Shown here one piece after another: positions 36,616-49,685 of a stretch of DNA of 64,000 bases; position 1 is the stretch's first letter, and each line of letters starts with the position of its first letter. Location of the stretch: assembly GCF_039654945.1 (NCBI RefSeq), contig NW_027361686.1:806001-870000 (forward strand). The letters are read 5' to 3'. Under the pieces are notes generated by a model, which made no database searches, was not told where the DNA came from, and was given only the letters and a program-made list of their open reading frames with translations. A program made the position numbers and the translations under genes. The stretch is from Dendrobates tinctorius (lineage: Eukaryota).

Positions 36616-37394
36616 TGTTAGGAATCTGGTTCCTATGATGTAGATCCAGATTCTCACATTTATCTCCAGAGGCCAAGTCCTTTTTTCCAGCTTCTGAGCA
36701 TGCCCACGGGAAGAGCTCCCATTGGAGTTCAGGAGTCCGGTGCTCAGGTCCTGCTCCTGATTTCATTGGTTCAGCTCAGGGCTCTGGAGATTTCCGGAAG
36801 GTCCCATTCACTATAAAAAGTGCGCATGGCTGTTCTGCCATGCGCTAGTATTTCTCATACTTGCTGCTGTGTGTTTGGTGATGGATGCTTGGACTGGTGA
36901 CTGACTCATTAAGAAACCCCTTCCCTCTGATAATACGTCTGTGTGAGTGAGTGGGATTCAGCCAGTAGCAGCGCTAGCGCCAGCGCGTTCAAGCTCCTCC
37001 TGTTTCAGCAGCTAGCGTCCTGCATCGCGCTTGCGGTTGCAGTCTTTCCAGGCGTGCACAGTAGCGACGCCGAGCACATGTTCGTTTACGGTAAGTCTGC
37101 TCGGCTGTAGTGACATTATAGAACTACTCCGGTTTCCGGCTACCGTACATGTGCCGCTGATACCCTGTGCTGTTAACAGGCTCAGCGTTACTACTTTTCC
37201 ATTATTTACCAGTGCAGCTCTTTGTCCCTTAACAGAGATTGCTTAATTGCACCTGGGTGAGTTAGAACCCTGTGCACATTACCATTTTAGTGCTCTGCCT
37301 CTCTCAGTAGCGGTTTTTCCATCCACCGCACAGTGGACCCCAAGTGGCGAAGGCACTTTATTTATTTTTTTAGTGTCTTCCGCCACTCCTAACA
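36616..37394 (+). mobile_element. Solo LTR (Gypsy-type)
   Basis: TGTTAGGA...TCCTAACA, 5-bp TSD GTTAC, TATAAAA at ~36812. Confidence 0.9.
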
Positions 37395-38190
37395 GTTACT
37401 CAAGTTACAGCACATCCGTGTGCTAAAAATGTGGGCATTTTTAGGCCGGTATTTCAGTGATTCCCTGTCTGCCACTTTAGTTATATACAGCACTATTTTG
37501 CACTTAGAAAAAAAAACACAGGCCACATATTTTACAGTGTGATATATCTGTAACATGCCTTATACATCCGTGTGCTAAAAATTTGGGCATTTTAGGCCGG
37601 TATTTCATTGTTTTCCTGTCTGCTACTCAAGTTATATACAACACTATTTTGCATTACAAAAAAATTTAGGAATTTAGAAATTTAGGAAAATCAGAGAAAA
37701 ATATCATTTGCTTAAAAATTTGGAACATGGTGTATGAGGCGTGTCACAGATATATCACACTATGAAATATGTGGCCTGTTTTTTTTTATGTAATGCAAAA
37801 TAGTGTTGTATATAACTTGAGTAACAGACAGGAAAACACTGGAATACTGGCCTAAAATGCCCAAATTTTTAGCACACATGTGAGGCTTTTCACAGAAATA
37901 GCACACTGTAAAATATGTGGCCTGTTTATTTTTAAATGCAAAATAGTGCTGCATATTACTAGAGTGACAGACAGGAAATCCCTGGAATACCGGCCTAAAA
38001 TTCACAAATGTTAAGCACACGGATGTACGCAATGTTCCAAATTATTATGCACCAACCATTTAGGAAAATCAGAGAAAAATATCATTTGCATAATAATTTG
38101 GAACATGGTGTATATACAACACTATTTTGCATTACAAAAAAAAACAGGCCACATATTTTACAGTGTGGTATGTCTGTGACACGCCTCATA
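37395..38190. repeat. ~125-bp satellite array, including an inverted copy of ~23087-23590
   Basis: Same unit as 22885-23547; near-identical spurious ORFs on opposite strands (23052-23270 minus vs 38008-38232 plus). Confidence 0.85.
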
Positions 38191-38957
38191 CACCATGATC
38201 CAAATTATTATGCAAATGAAATTTTTCTCTGATTTTCCTAAATGATCGGTGCAAATAACAGTCAGTCTAATAAAAGTCATCGCTCATTAGATTATACATT
38301 GAATTTTATTGATGAAAGCGCCCAATGAAAACAGTATAATCTCCACAATGAATAAAAACTCAAATTGCACTGTTCCAAATTATTAGGCACAGCAGAATTT
38401 CTAAACATTTGATATGTTTTAAAGAACTGAAAATGCTCATTTGTGGAATTTGCAGCATTAGGAGGTCACATTCACAGAACAAAAAAAAGCTATTTAACTC
38501 CAAAACACTTTAACAGGCCAAGTTAGATGTTAACATAGGAACCCTTCTTTGATATCACCTTCACAATTCTTGCATCCATTGAAATTGTGAGTTTTTGGAG
38601 AGTTTCTGCTTGTATTTCTTTGAATGAAGTCAGAATAGTCTCCCAGAGCTGCTGTTTTGATGTGAACTGCCTCCCACCCTCCTAGATCTTTTGCTTGATG
38701 ATACTCCAAAGGTTTTCTATAGGGTTGAGGTCAGGGGAAGATGGTGGCCACACCATGAGTTTATCTCCTTTTATGCCCATAGCAGTCAGTGACTCAGAGG
38801 TATTCTTTGCAGCATGAGATGGTGCATTGTCACGCATGAAGATGATTTTACTCCTGAAGGAATGTTTCTGCTTTTTATACCATGGAAGAAAGTTGTCAGT
38901 CAGAAACTCTACATACTTTGCAGAGGTCATTTTCACACCTTCAGGAACCTTAGCTCC
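38191..38957 (-). mobile_element. Tc1 transposon 3' fragment (end of DD34E domain plus TIR)
   Basis: IFMRDNAPSHAAK...WPPSSPDLNPIENLWSIIK; TA plus CACCATG TIR. Confidence 0.9.
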
Positions 38958-39114
38958 AGTGTTTTCCTGTCTGTTACTCAAGTTATATACAAGACTACTC
39001 TGCATTTTTTTAAAAAACAGGCCAAATATTTTACAGTGTGGTACATCTGTGATGCATCTCATACATCTGTGTGCTAAAAATTTGGGCATTTTAGACCGGT
39101 ATTCCAGTGTTTCC

Positions 39115-40998
39115 ATGTCACACATCAGGGGTTCTCCAAACACGACATGGCATGCGCTAATTATTCCAGCAAATTTTACATTCAAGAAGTTAAATGGCAC
39201 TACTTCCCTTCCAAGCTCTGCTTTGCAACCAAACAGTAGTTTTCTCTTACATAATGGGTATCTGCGCATTCAGGAGAAATTGCACAACAAATTGCATGGA
39301 GAAATTTCTCCTGGCATCAATATGAAAATGCAACATTTGGAGCTAAAAAAGTTTATCTGGAAAAAATGTGTTTTTTTATTTTTTACAGCTCTACGTTATA
39401 AACTTCTATGAAACACCTGTGGGTTCAATGTGCTCTATATACATCTAGGTAGGTTCCATAAGGGGTCTAGTTTCCAAAATGGTGTCACTTGGTGGGGGTT
39501 TCCATTGTGTAGGCACATCAGGGGCTCTCCAAACATGACATGGCTTCCGCTAATTATGCCAGCCAATTTTACATTCAAAAAGTAAAATGGCGCTCCTCTT
39601 CCGAGCCCTGCCGTGTGCCCAAATAGTAGATTTCCCCCACATATGTGGTGAAGACATGCTCAAGTGAAATTGTACAACAAATTACATCATCCATTTTCTC
39701 CTGTAAGTTAAAAAATAGGTCTAAATTAAAATATGTATGTAGCAAAGCCAATTGGGTTATGGCAGCTTCTAGTCTCCCATGGAGACTATTGAAGCATGCC
39801 AAAAGAAAAAAAAAAGTTATAAAAATTTAAATCGCCCCCCTTTCGCCTCATTCAAAATAAAACAATAAAAAAAGACCAAACATGCACATATTTGGTATCG
39901 CCACATTTGGAATAGCCCTACAGTGCTGTGCAAATTAATTGGGACAAAGCATTTTTTTAAAGTATAATCATAAGTTGGTTACCAGTCAATGATTCAAACC
40001 AGTTTTAACTGCTTTGAATAGGCACTCACACCTGTTCAAAGCAGTTAAAACTGGTTTGAATCACTGACTGGTAACAAACTTACGATTTTACTTAAAATAA
40101 TGCTTTGTCCCAATGAATTTGCACAGCACTGTTATCTATCACTTAAAAAAGGGTTAACCTAATCGCTAAATGGCATAGAGAGAAAAAAAGTAAAAACGCC
40201 AGAATTACGATTTTTTGATGGCTGCAACATTGCATTAAAATGGAATAACAGGCGATGAAAATATTGTATCTGCACTAAAATGGTATCAATAAAAATGTCG
40301 GCGCGGATCGCAAAAAATAAGCTTTCACCCAACCCAAGAACACGAAAATTGGAGACGCTTTGGGTCTCGGAAATTAGCGCAATTTTTTTTAACAAACTTT
40401 GGATTTTTTTCCCCACTTAAATAAAAGATAACCTAGAAATGTTTGGTGTCTATGAACTCATAATGACCTGGAGAATCATAATGGCAGGTCATGGAGAAAA
40501 AAAACCAAAAACGTTGTGTAATTGCATTTTTTGCAATTTCACCACACTTGTTAATTTTTTCCAATTTTTAGTATGGTAAAACCAATGGTGTCTTTCAAAA
40601 GTACAACTTGTCCCGTAAAAAAAACAAGCCCTCACGTGGCCATATTGATGGAAAAATAAAAATGTTATGGGTCTGGGAAGAAGGAGAGCGAAAAACAGAA
40701 ACGCATAAACAAAAATAGGCCAAGGTCTCAAAGGAGTTAAAGGAATAAAAAGTTTGAAAACTGTTTAATTTTAAAAATTTTCTCCAAAAATAAATTGTTT
40801 TTCAAATAACCCCCAAAAAATTGACCTACAATTACCACTAACATTAAGTACAATGTATCTTTGAAAAACTTTCTCAGAATCCCTGGGAGACGCTGAAGCA
40901 TTTCAGAGTTATTACTACGTAAAATGACACTTGTCAGAAATGTAACATTTGGCCTGGTCAAGCAAGTGAAAACAGGCTTGATGGTTAAGGGGATTACT
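39115..40998. mobile_element. Remnant of non-autonomous TTAA-type (piggyBac-like) DNA element(s) with internal repeats
   Basis: Repeated cacatcaggggctctccaaac..gacatggc units (39121, 39514); AAGG(A/G)GTTAA-like ends at ~40740 and ~40997; family assignment from recall only. Confidence 0.5.
39921..40131. mobile_element. Fold-back (fully palindromic) MITE, Tc1/mariner-like termini
   Basis: ~103-bp arms CAGTGCTGTGCAAATT... / ...AATTTGCACAGCACTG around a few-nt loop; TA on the left. Confidence 0.8.
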
Positions 40999-41799
40999 TT
41001 TTATATGGCTTTACCAGTTTGATCGTAGTCAAAACATCCATGGTACACTTATCAAATTATATTCGATTTTCCAGTACGTTTAACTACATGAATAACATCA
41101 CTTCTGATTATTCTAAAAAAATATACATTGCACTTACCCAGTTAGGTTGTATATGGTTTTCCATTGATAGTATTAAAAACAAACACTTTTATCTTCTGCG
41201 CTGTATATAATTATATGGAGAAAGCTTGATACAGCAATTGTAAACTTTTCAGTGGCGCTAATGAGTAAAGGTATTTTTCTTTCTTTTCTTTTAAATAGGC
41301 TGTAATATAATGCAAGGTTTAGTAAATATATAATTTTTCTCATGATTAAAGACTGACCAGTTTAGAGTACTAACCATGCACAGCAATATAGGTGATTTAT
41401 TGCTCTATACAAAATAAGACACCACAAGCGCAAATACTTGCCGTGAACAAAATTCTCGGATTGTCCTCATAAATCAGGTGAGCACTAAGTGCCATCTCCG
41501 TTGTGTACACTCTTCTATCATTTTGCCTGCCTCCCTATGAGGTCATACACCCATGACCACTGGGATTCTCTAAACCTATGCAGCAAAGCAACACAATCCA
41601 ACGATTAACTACTGGTTTATGGTTGCTACATGAAATAAACAAGAATGTTGCAAAGGTATTTGCACATTTTTGCATGAGAGCTTTCTTAATGAATATTGAC
41701 AATGATTTCATGTCAAATTGGAAACAGACAAGTAAATAGTAAAGGTGTCTGCCACGCTAATAACTTGTGAAGACCACTATTCTAGTTAAATGAGTCTCC

Positions 41800-43103
41800 G
41801 TGCTGGTAACACGTGAAGACTGCTAATCTAAATGAAGGAGTCGCCGTGCAATGTGACTGACACATGGAAAATGGCACTTACTGGCGTGTGCATGAAGTTG
41901 CTGGTTGTCAGTTGCTCAGTCCATGCAATAAAGATATATCCTTTGGATGCAGTCCAGAATCAAGTAGGGGAGCGTCCTCCCGTACTCCAGAGAGTTGCCA
42001 CACGCTCGTGCCTATGTGATACGGCGGTAAGCCTCAGCCGATGGTGCCGCCGTGTAGTAGTGTAACAAACAGGGGGCGTGGTTAGTGGTGACGTCACCTG
42101 CCCGTAAAACCAGACATACACAGGGGCCAATCCCAATGCATTTTGAGGGACCCATCCCTCTTTCTCAGGATATGGCTCCTCTGTTACAATCACGCTCTCC
42201 TTCATCGCTACATGCCATTGGATCGCCTGTTTCAATTACGGGTAATGAGTGGATTTTCACCCCTGGAAGAATGCTAGCGTACCTAAAATGGTATACAGAC
42301 TTTCTGTGGTATCATGTTACTGGCAATTAGCACCTCATTTTTACTGCGCTACATGAATGATTACATAAATAAATAAGTGTAAAAGTGAATAAATAAAAAA
42401 GGGAACCACTGCTTTGCTGTGTACAGCTCCACTGATACAGACAGTAATTATGGCTGCGTATATTTTAACACTGCCAAAGCTGGAGAGCTGGAAAGATATC
42501 AGCTATTGAATGTACAGTAAAAACATTTGCAATTTAAAACTTAAAAATCTTTATTCACTCATTATTTAAAATTGTGTATAAAGAGAAAAAAAAATTTAAA
42601 AAAATCCCTTAAAGGGACCCTTTAAAAACAAGATAACATGATATTACTGGTAGAAATCTATACCAACAAATGTATATTAATAAAAATAATACTATTAAAA
42701 TCTATATTATAAATATTTTTGCTTGTCAGGCACTTTAGACATCCTTTCATATTTAAATTAGTAGAAAGTGCGATTACCTTAATATCTCTTAAAGTTGCTC
42801 ACAGGGCATAAAGTTCTATTTCATAAATTATTCCCTTTGGGGCCAAACTGTCCATTGTAAAAATCCATTTGGATTCAATTTTTGACATATGTTTCAAATA
42901 GTCACACCCTCTTGGATTTATGCATACAGTATGGATACCACAAAACGAAGTTCCACTACATGACTATCTTTGTCCACATAATGGCGTGATAAGGGATGTC
43001 CCATAAGTCCTTTAGTGATGTTATCTAAATGTTCCTTTATTCTATCTCTGAGACATCTCTTTGTGCGACCAACATAAAGTTTGTCACAAGGGCATAAAAT
43101 CAT
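41800..43103 (-). mobile_element. Old Penelope-like element fragment (GIY-YIG end plus pseudo-LTR); left boundary uncertain
   Basis: CPCDKLYVGRTKRCLRDRIKEH...HPLSRHY and ESKWIFTMDSLAPKG; degenerate hammerhead downstream. Confidence 0.75.
42130..42171 (-). ncRNA. Degenerate (probably inactive) type I hammerhead ribozyme
   Basis: Minus strand AUC-CUGAGAA-A-GAGGGA uggg UCCCUC-AAAA UGCA UU-GGGAU; perfect 6-bp stem II, core G8 and G12 changed to A. Confidence 0.6.
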
Positions 43104-44362
43104 AGAATCGTAGAGTTGGAAGGGACCTCCATGGCCATCTGGTCCAACCCCCTGCTCAAAGCAGGATTCGCTAAATCATCCCAGACAGATGTCTGTGCAG
43201 CCTGTTTGAAGACTTATATTGAAGGAGAACTCACCACTTCTCGTGGCAGCCTGTTCCACTCATTGATCACTCTAACTGTCAAAAAGTTTTTTCTAATATC
43301 TACTCTGTGTCTCCTCCCATTCAGTTTCATCCCATTGCTTCTAGTCTTTCCTTGTGCAAATGAGAATAAAGATGATCCTTCTACAATGTGACAGCCCTTG
43401 AGATATTTTGTAAAAAGGTATTAAGTCTCCTCTCAGTCTTCTCTTCTGCAAGCTAAATATTCCCAAATCCTGCAACCTTTCCTCATAAGACAGGGTTTGA
43501 AGACCGGTCACCATTCTGGTCGCTCTTTTCTGAACTTGCTCCAGTTTGTTGATGACTTTTTTAAAATGTGGTGCCAAAAACTGGACACAGTATTCCAGAT
43601 GAGGTCTGACCAAATAGGAGTAGAGGGCAATAATTACTTCACGTGATCTAGACTGTATGCTTCTGTTAATACATCCTAAAATTGCATTTGCCTTTTTTGC
43701 TGCTGCATCACACTGTTGACTCATATTCAGTCTGTGATCTATTAGTATACCGATGTCTTTTTCACATGTGCTGTTTCGTAGCCCTATTCCTCCCATTCTG
43801 TATATGTTTTTTTCATTTTTATTGCCCAGATGTAGTACTTTGCATTTTTCCCTGTTAAAAACCATTCTGTTAGTTGCTGCCCACTGCTCGAGTTTATTTA
43901 TATCTTTTTGACTCCTCTCTCTCTTCTCTAGTATTAGCTATCCCTCCAAGCTTTGTGTCATCAGCAAATGTAATCAGTTTACCCTCAATTCCTTCATCTA
44001 AATCGTTGATAAAGAAGTTGAACAATACAGGGCCCAGGACAGAGTCCTGTGGTACCCCACTTGAGACATTCTTCCAACTGGATGTGCAGCCATTTATGAC
44101 CACTCTTTGGGTCCAATCACTTAGCTAGTTATGAATTCACCTAACAGTTGCCTTGTCCATTCCATACATACATTTTTTCAATAAGGATTGTGTGAGATAC
44201 TTTGTCAAATGCTTTGCTGAAGTCAAGATATACTATATCTACAGCATTTCCCTGATCCACCCAATCAGTGATTCTGTCATAGAAGGAAATTAAGTTAGTC
44301 TGACATGACTTATTAACAAACCCATGCTGAATCTGTTTAATCACTTCACTCTTATCCAGGTA
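43100..44362 (-). mobile_element. 5'-truncated CR1 LINE (RT and 3' end)
   Basis: [33 protein letters not shown]; ATTCTATG-type tail at ~43100. Confidence 0.92.
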
Positions 44363-44419
44363 CTTACATACATGTAAGTAAAATAAGTAACTGTACTTAC
44401 ATACATGTAAGTAACTGTA

Positions 44420-46943
44420 TAGATAACCCCTGTAGAGAAACAAGAGATAGTATCTTTGATCTTTGGAACCCCAACAACATGGGGTAGCAACAGTGATGCC
44501 ACACTTTGAGCTGAACTGAGGTCTGTTGTATCAAGTCGAGAAAATACGTGGGGAAATGGTAGAGCAATTACTAGTACCTCAGGCATATCGTAGGCTGGTA
44601 ATGGACAGTGTATGCGCATGTACTCGGTGGGCATTTGGGCCAAAACATTACCCTAGACCGAATTTTGTAGCGATTTTACTGGCTAGGTGTCCATGAAGAA
44701 GTTAAACGGTATTATAATTCCTGTCCAGTGTGCCAGGTAACCAGTCCCCAACCTCAATTTCGAAGTCCTTTGGTGCCTTTACCAATTGTAGAGGTACCTT
44801 TTGAAAGAGTGGCAATGGATTGAATTGGTCCTGTCAATAAGTCCAACACATCCTTGTAGTTCTAGATTATGCCACCAGGTATCCTGAGGCCGTTCCACTC
44901 CGACACACATCAGCTAAGCTCATAGCAAAAGAACTCATGGGTATGTTTTCTCAGGTGGGGATTCCTCAAGAGATTTTAACAGACCAGGGCACCCCCTTTA
45001 TGTTAAAAATTATGAAGGAACTCTGCCGCTTGTTAAATGTTAAACAATTGCGCAAATCAGTCTATCATCCCCAAACAGATGGTCTGGAAGAAAGATTCAA
45101 TAAGACGCTAAAGAGCATGTTAAGAAAAGCAGATTCCAAAGATGGGAAGGACTGGGATTTCTTACTGCCATATTTATTCTTTGCAGTGTGGGTGGAGTCC
45201 CAGGCATCTATGGGGTTCTTGCACTTTTAAGAATTGTTTGGCAGACATCCCCAGGGCTTTCTCAATATAGCCAAAGAGGCTTGGGAGAACCAACAAACCC
45301 CCCACAAGAGTGTGATAGAACATGTTGCAAAAATGCAAGATAGAATGGAGACAGTCCTACCACCATTAGTCTGGGAACTTATGGAGGCAGACCAAAGGTC
45401 GCAGAATCGGGTCAATAACCAGGAGGCTCGGGTAAGAACCTTTAGTTCTGGGGATCGGATGTTGGTACTTGTGCCAACAGTAGATAGTAAATTTCTTGCA
45501 AGGTGGCGAGATTATGGAGAAGGTGGGGCCAGTAGACTACAAGGTACATCAACCAGGATGGAGGAAGCCAGAGCAGGTTTACCATATTAATTTGCTTAAA
45601 CCATGGAAAGATAGAGACCACCTTGGTGGGGATAGTCCACTGCCTGAATTTCCTGTGGAGAAGGCTCCATTAACTTTGGGGGTGTCAGGAAAAACCTCAG
45701 TAATTAAAATAGCAGATACTTTGTCTCCTAAACAAGTTGAGGATGTCTGAGAGTTTGTTAGCCGAAATACAGACGTTTTCTCTGCTCTCACTGGACGTAC
45801 ATCCCTAATCCAACATGACATTGTCACGGAGCCACATGCAAAAGTCCGACTAAAGCCATATCGGGAGCCTGAGGCTGGGCGACAAGCCATCTCGGAGGAG
45901 GCAAAAACTGCAGTTAGGGGTCATTGAAGAGTCTCAAAGTGAGTGGGCCAGCCCAATCGTCATAATACCCAAGCCTGATGGGATGCTAAGGTTCTGTAAT
46001 GACTTTAGAAAACGTAAAGAAATTTCAAAATTTGATGCCTAACCCATTCCCCGGGTAGATGAATTGATAGAGCGATTTGGGCAGGCACGGTATTTTTCAA
46101 CTCTTGACCTCACAAAAGAACACTGGCAGGTGTACCTAACAGAGGCGGCAAAGGAAAAAACGGCTTTTATAACGCTCGAAGGGCTGTTCCAGTATAAAGT
46201 ATTACCCTTTGGGTTGCATGGAGAGCCAGTGACGTTCCAGCGGTTAATGGACATTCTTCTCTGTCCCCATCGCCGATATGCCTCAGCCTGTCTGGATGAT
46301 ATTGTGTACAGTGCAAACTGGGAAAGTCACATACCAAAGGTACAGGCGGTGATAGATTCTCTGTGACTAACCGCCAACCCAAAGAAGTGTTCCAAAGGGC
46401 TGGAGGAAGCTCGATACTTGGGTTATGTCATTGGGAAAGGAAGTCCGCAAACCCCAAGTAAACAAAGTGGAGGCAATTCAGAACTGGCCCTCTCCCCTCA
46501 CAACAAAGCAGGTAAAAGCCTTTTTAGGTTTATTGGGATATTACTGGCGATTTATTCCTAACTTTGCAACCCTGTCCACACCTTTAACAGCCTGCTTGAA
46601 AGGGAGGAAGTCTGTGATGGTCCGCTGGAATGATCAGATAGAGGAGGCCTTTGTAAAGTTAAAATTGGTACTTTTTGGTACACCAGTTGTAGTTACCGGA
46701 TTTCAAAAGAGAGTTCATCGTGCAGACCGATGCCTCTGAGGTAGGTCTTGGTGCCGTGTCAAAAGGTTAATGGGGAAGAGCATCCCGTAAGTTTCCTGAG
46801 CCAGAAGCTAATCCCAACTGAAACCAGGTACAGTATTGTGGAGAGTGCCTGGCCATTAAATGGGCACTTGAGTCGTTGCGCTGTTATTTGCTGGGAAGAA
46901 CATTTCGTTTGGTGACAGATCATTCCCCTCTTATGTGGATGAG
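44420..46943 (+). mobile_element. Gmr1-like Ty3/Gypsy pol fragment with order integrase, RT, RNase H
   Basis: HHCC (~44617-44735), ILTDQG...YHPQTDGLEERFN (44937-45230), then STLDL...LPFGL...LDD (46064-46366), then TDAS (~46725). Confidence 0.88.
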
Positions 46944-47195
46944 TGTTAGGGTTGGCGGAACGCACCAAATAAAATATAATAATAAGGTGCGTTCGCAATC
47001 CAGAGTCCACCGTGCAGAGATGGAATACTGCTGCTCAGTAATGGCAAACACTGACTGAACACCGGCGGGGTAACCACTGACCAGGTGTGAAAAGGAGCAA
47101 ACTCTGTTACTGCATAGAGCAGCAGAACGCAAGTGCTGGAGACTGTTAACCTCACAGGGCTCGGCAAGGTGAACACTAGTTAAGAGACACAGGAC
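46944..47195 (-). mobile_element. LTR fragment (3' end of the family at 32936-34035)
   Basis: tgttagggttggcggaacgcaccaaat is the reverse complement of the LTR end atttggtgcgttccgccagcccgaaaca. Confidence 0.8.
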
Positions 47196-48670
47196 TCTTT
47201 TCAAATAATTTTATTGGTTTTCATTAATTAAACAGGGTAAGGGAAGGAAGGTAGGAAGGGAGGAAAGGGAATGGGAAGTAAAGCACCTTGTACAGGTATG
47301 GAAAAAATTTAAAACTAGAGAACCCACAAATAGGTATTAAATAGGATATAGCGAATAACAACATAAAATGAAAAGAAAATCGCCAATCCTTATTATGGGG
47401 TAACATTCTTGGAAGGAGATAAACATCCCGGTACTACATCGGCCATGTTTAGGCCTCAAAATATAATACCTCTTAATAGGTCTATTTGATATGGAATTGG
47501 TTGTTCCAAGTCTTCCATTTTTTTGTAGATGTGATTGCTGTTAATCGCAAATCTGCGTTCTAAATCGCTATGTTGGCCTATCTTATCAAGTATGTCTGAA
47601 AACTTAGGAACCTCGACTTTCTTTCATCATTGTGCTAACATGGTCTTAGTCACTAAGAGGATGTGTATGATAATGTATCTTACCGAATCATCAAATTGTT
47701 CCATGTCTAAAGAAAGAAGTGCTCTTTCAGGTGTAATTGTGAAGTCCTTACCAATGAGGTTAATGTGCTGTGTGACCTGGAACCAGAGGTTTTTGATCTT
47801 TGAACAACCCCAAAATATATTGTAGAGGTTCCCTTGATGTCCACAACCTCTCCAGCACAAGGAAGATAGCTCTGTGTTAAAATGTGATAACCTTATCGGG
47901 GTATAGTACCACCTATTTAACAGTTTAAACTAACCCTCGTGAAGACCCATTGATATGTTGGAATTGTAAGTGATTTTGATGGCATCGTTCCAATTTTCGA
48001 GACAGATATCAGCACCTAAATCAGACTCCCATTTCTTCATATATGTTTTTGTGACTCGTTAGGTCCTTGATGACAGATCTATACAAATTACGCAGACTCC
48101 AGGTTTTTATTTTTAAGGTTGCACAACAGTGAAGTTAGCATTTCATAGTTTAAAGTCTTCCCTTTTATGATTTTCCAAATTCTGTCTTTCAACATGGTGT
48201 AAAAGACCAGCTCAGATGACGGTAGATTAAATTTAGCCTTGATCTCACTGAATTTCAAGAACTCCACTCCACTAAAAACATCCCCGACCTTTTTGATTCC
48301 AGATTTCCCCCATACCTCCAGCATCGGGAGATCATCCATCAGTGCAAATGAAGATAGGGGAAGTTTAAAGATTTGCTCTGCTATTTTGATATTTTTAGTC
48401 AGCTTAATGAGTTCCCTCCAGGCTGAGATTATCGACCGAAATATAGGATGCGATGAGTTCGCACTCTGCTTTTGCAGAAGGAAGTAAAAGAAAATCTTTC
48501 GCATGGAACCTCTATCACTAACATCTCTCTCCAAGCCATACCAAGCCGGATGTGTCATGTTTTCCATAAACCAGTGCCAGCTCTGTTTAATAAGTGAGGC
48601 CTGATAATAAGCGTATATGTTGGGCAGTCCTGTGCCATGTTTTTTATTTTTATTAAGTAAGAGAGCAGTA
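47196..48670 (-). mobile_element. L1 3' fragment (ORF2 C-terminus and 3' UTR)
   Basis: GTGLPNIYAYYQA, CWRGCGHQG...IFWGC, AATAAA on the minus strand at ~47210. Confidence 0.87.
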
Positions 48671-48689
48671 GGCAGCAAGAATTCTATCT

Positions 48690-49664
48690 ACGTTGACAGA
48701 ATCAAGGAGGGAGGGCACTATAGCCTTATTAACTTTTAATAATGGAACTGAATCTAATCCATGGGTGCCAAATTCTTTCAAACGCTGAATGTGAGCCATT
48801 TACTAGGGCAGCTAGTTTGGCTACCTGATATAACAGGTCTATCTTTTCCTGAAGCTGAGATATAGATGGAGTAGCCATTGTCTTCCAGTTCATAGGAATC
48901 AAAAGTTTCGCTGCCGAGAGAATATGTTGGATTAACAGAGCGGTATTCTTATGTCCAGTTGGTGTCAGGAAATTTAAGAGCACTATCTCCGGTGTCAATT
49001 TAAGCTTTTTGCCCATTATTTTCCCAAGAAAATCCTCCACTAGGTGCCAGAACCGCATCAGGGTTGGACAAGACCACCACATATGTAAATAAGCTCCCTC
49101 TGCATCGCAGCATCTCCAGCATCTACTAGAGGATCCCGTCCGCCATTGAGTATTTTGTTTAGGTGTAATATTCCATCTGGCGACTATTTTAAAAGAGTTC
49201 TCTTGCGCTCTAACGCACTGTGATGGGCCATGAGAGAATTTATAAATGCGTGATATTTGGTTTGGGGAAAACTTGTATTCCAAGTCCTTTTCCAAGTTTG
49301 CTATATAGGCTCTCTTGATACAGCAGGCAGATGTATTCAAAATCTGGTAGATAGACGAAATTTTTTTGGGCTTATCCCTTGTTGCACATAGAGTCTCAAA
49401 TGCAGTTAGTGGGCGAGTGACGTCAGCTCTTAAAAGATACTGTGCCAAAGAATCTCTTATAGAACCAATTTGTATGAAGGTCAAGTTTGACAGCCCCGGC
49501 AGCTTCCTCAATTCATGGAACGAGGGGAGTGTCCCATCCACCAAGAGTCCATCAACGGCTACATTTGCCAAGAAGCCGGTTTTGATTATGTCATTGTCTC
49601 GGGAGTAAGATGCGTGTGGCATTATATCAGCTAGCTTGAGTAAGGGGGATAAGGGGGGGTAAGG
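48690..49664 (-). mobile_element. Second, divergent L1 ORF2 C-terminal fragment
   Basis: CWRCCDAEGAYLHMWWSC, AAKLLIPMNWK, FERIWHPW. Confidence 0.87.
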
Positions 49665-49685
49665 GTGCCCTGCCAGACCAAGAGG

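Noticed and set aside
38682-39411. ~195-aa ORFs on both strands
   Set aside because: They are a mosaic of Tc1, satellite and another repeat, not a gene
41000-41800. Possible host exon or unique sequence
   Set aside because: No recognisable coding or RNA motif; left unannotated
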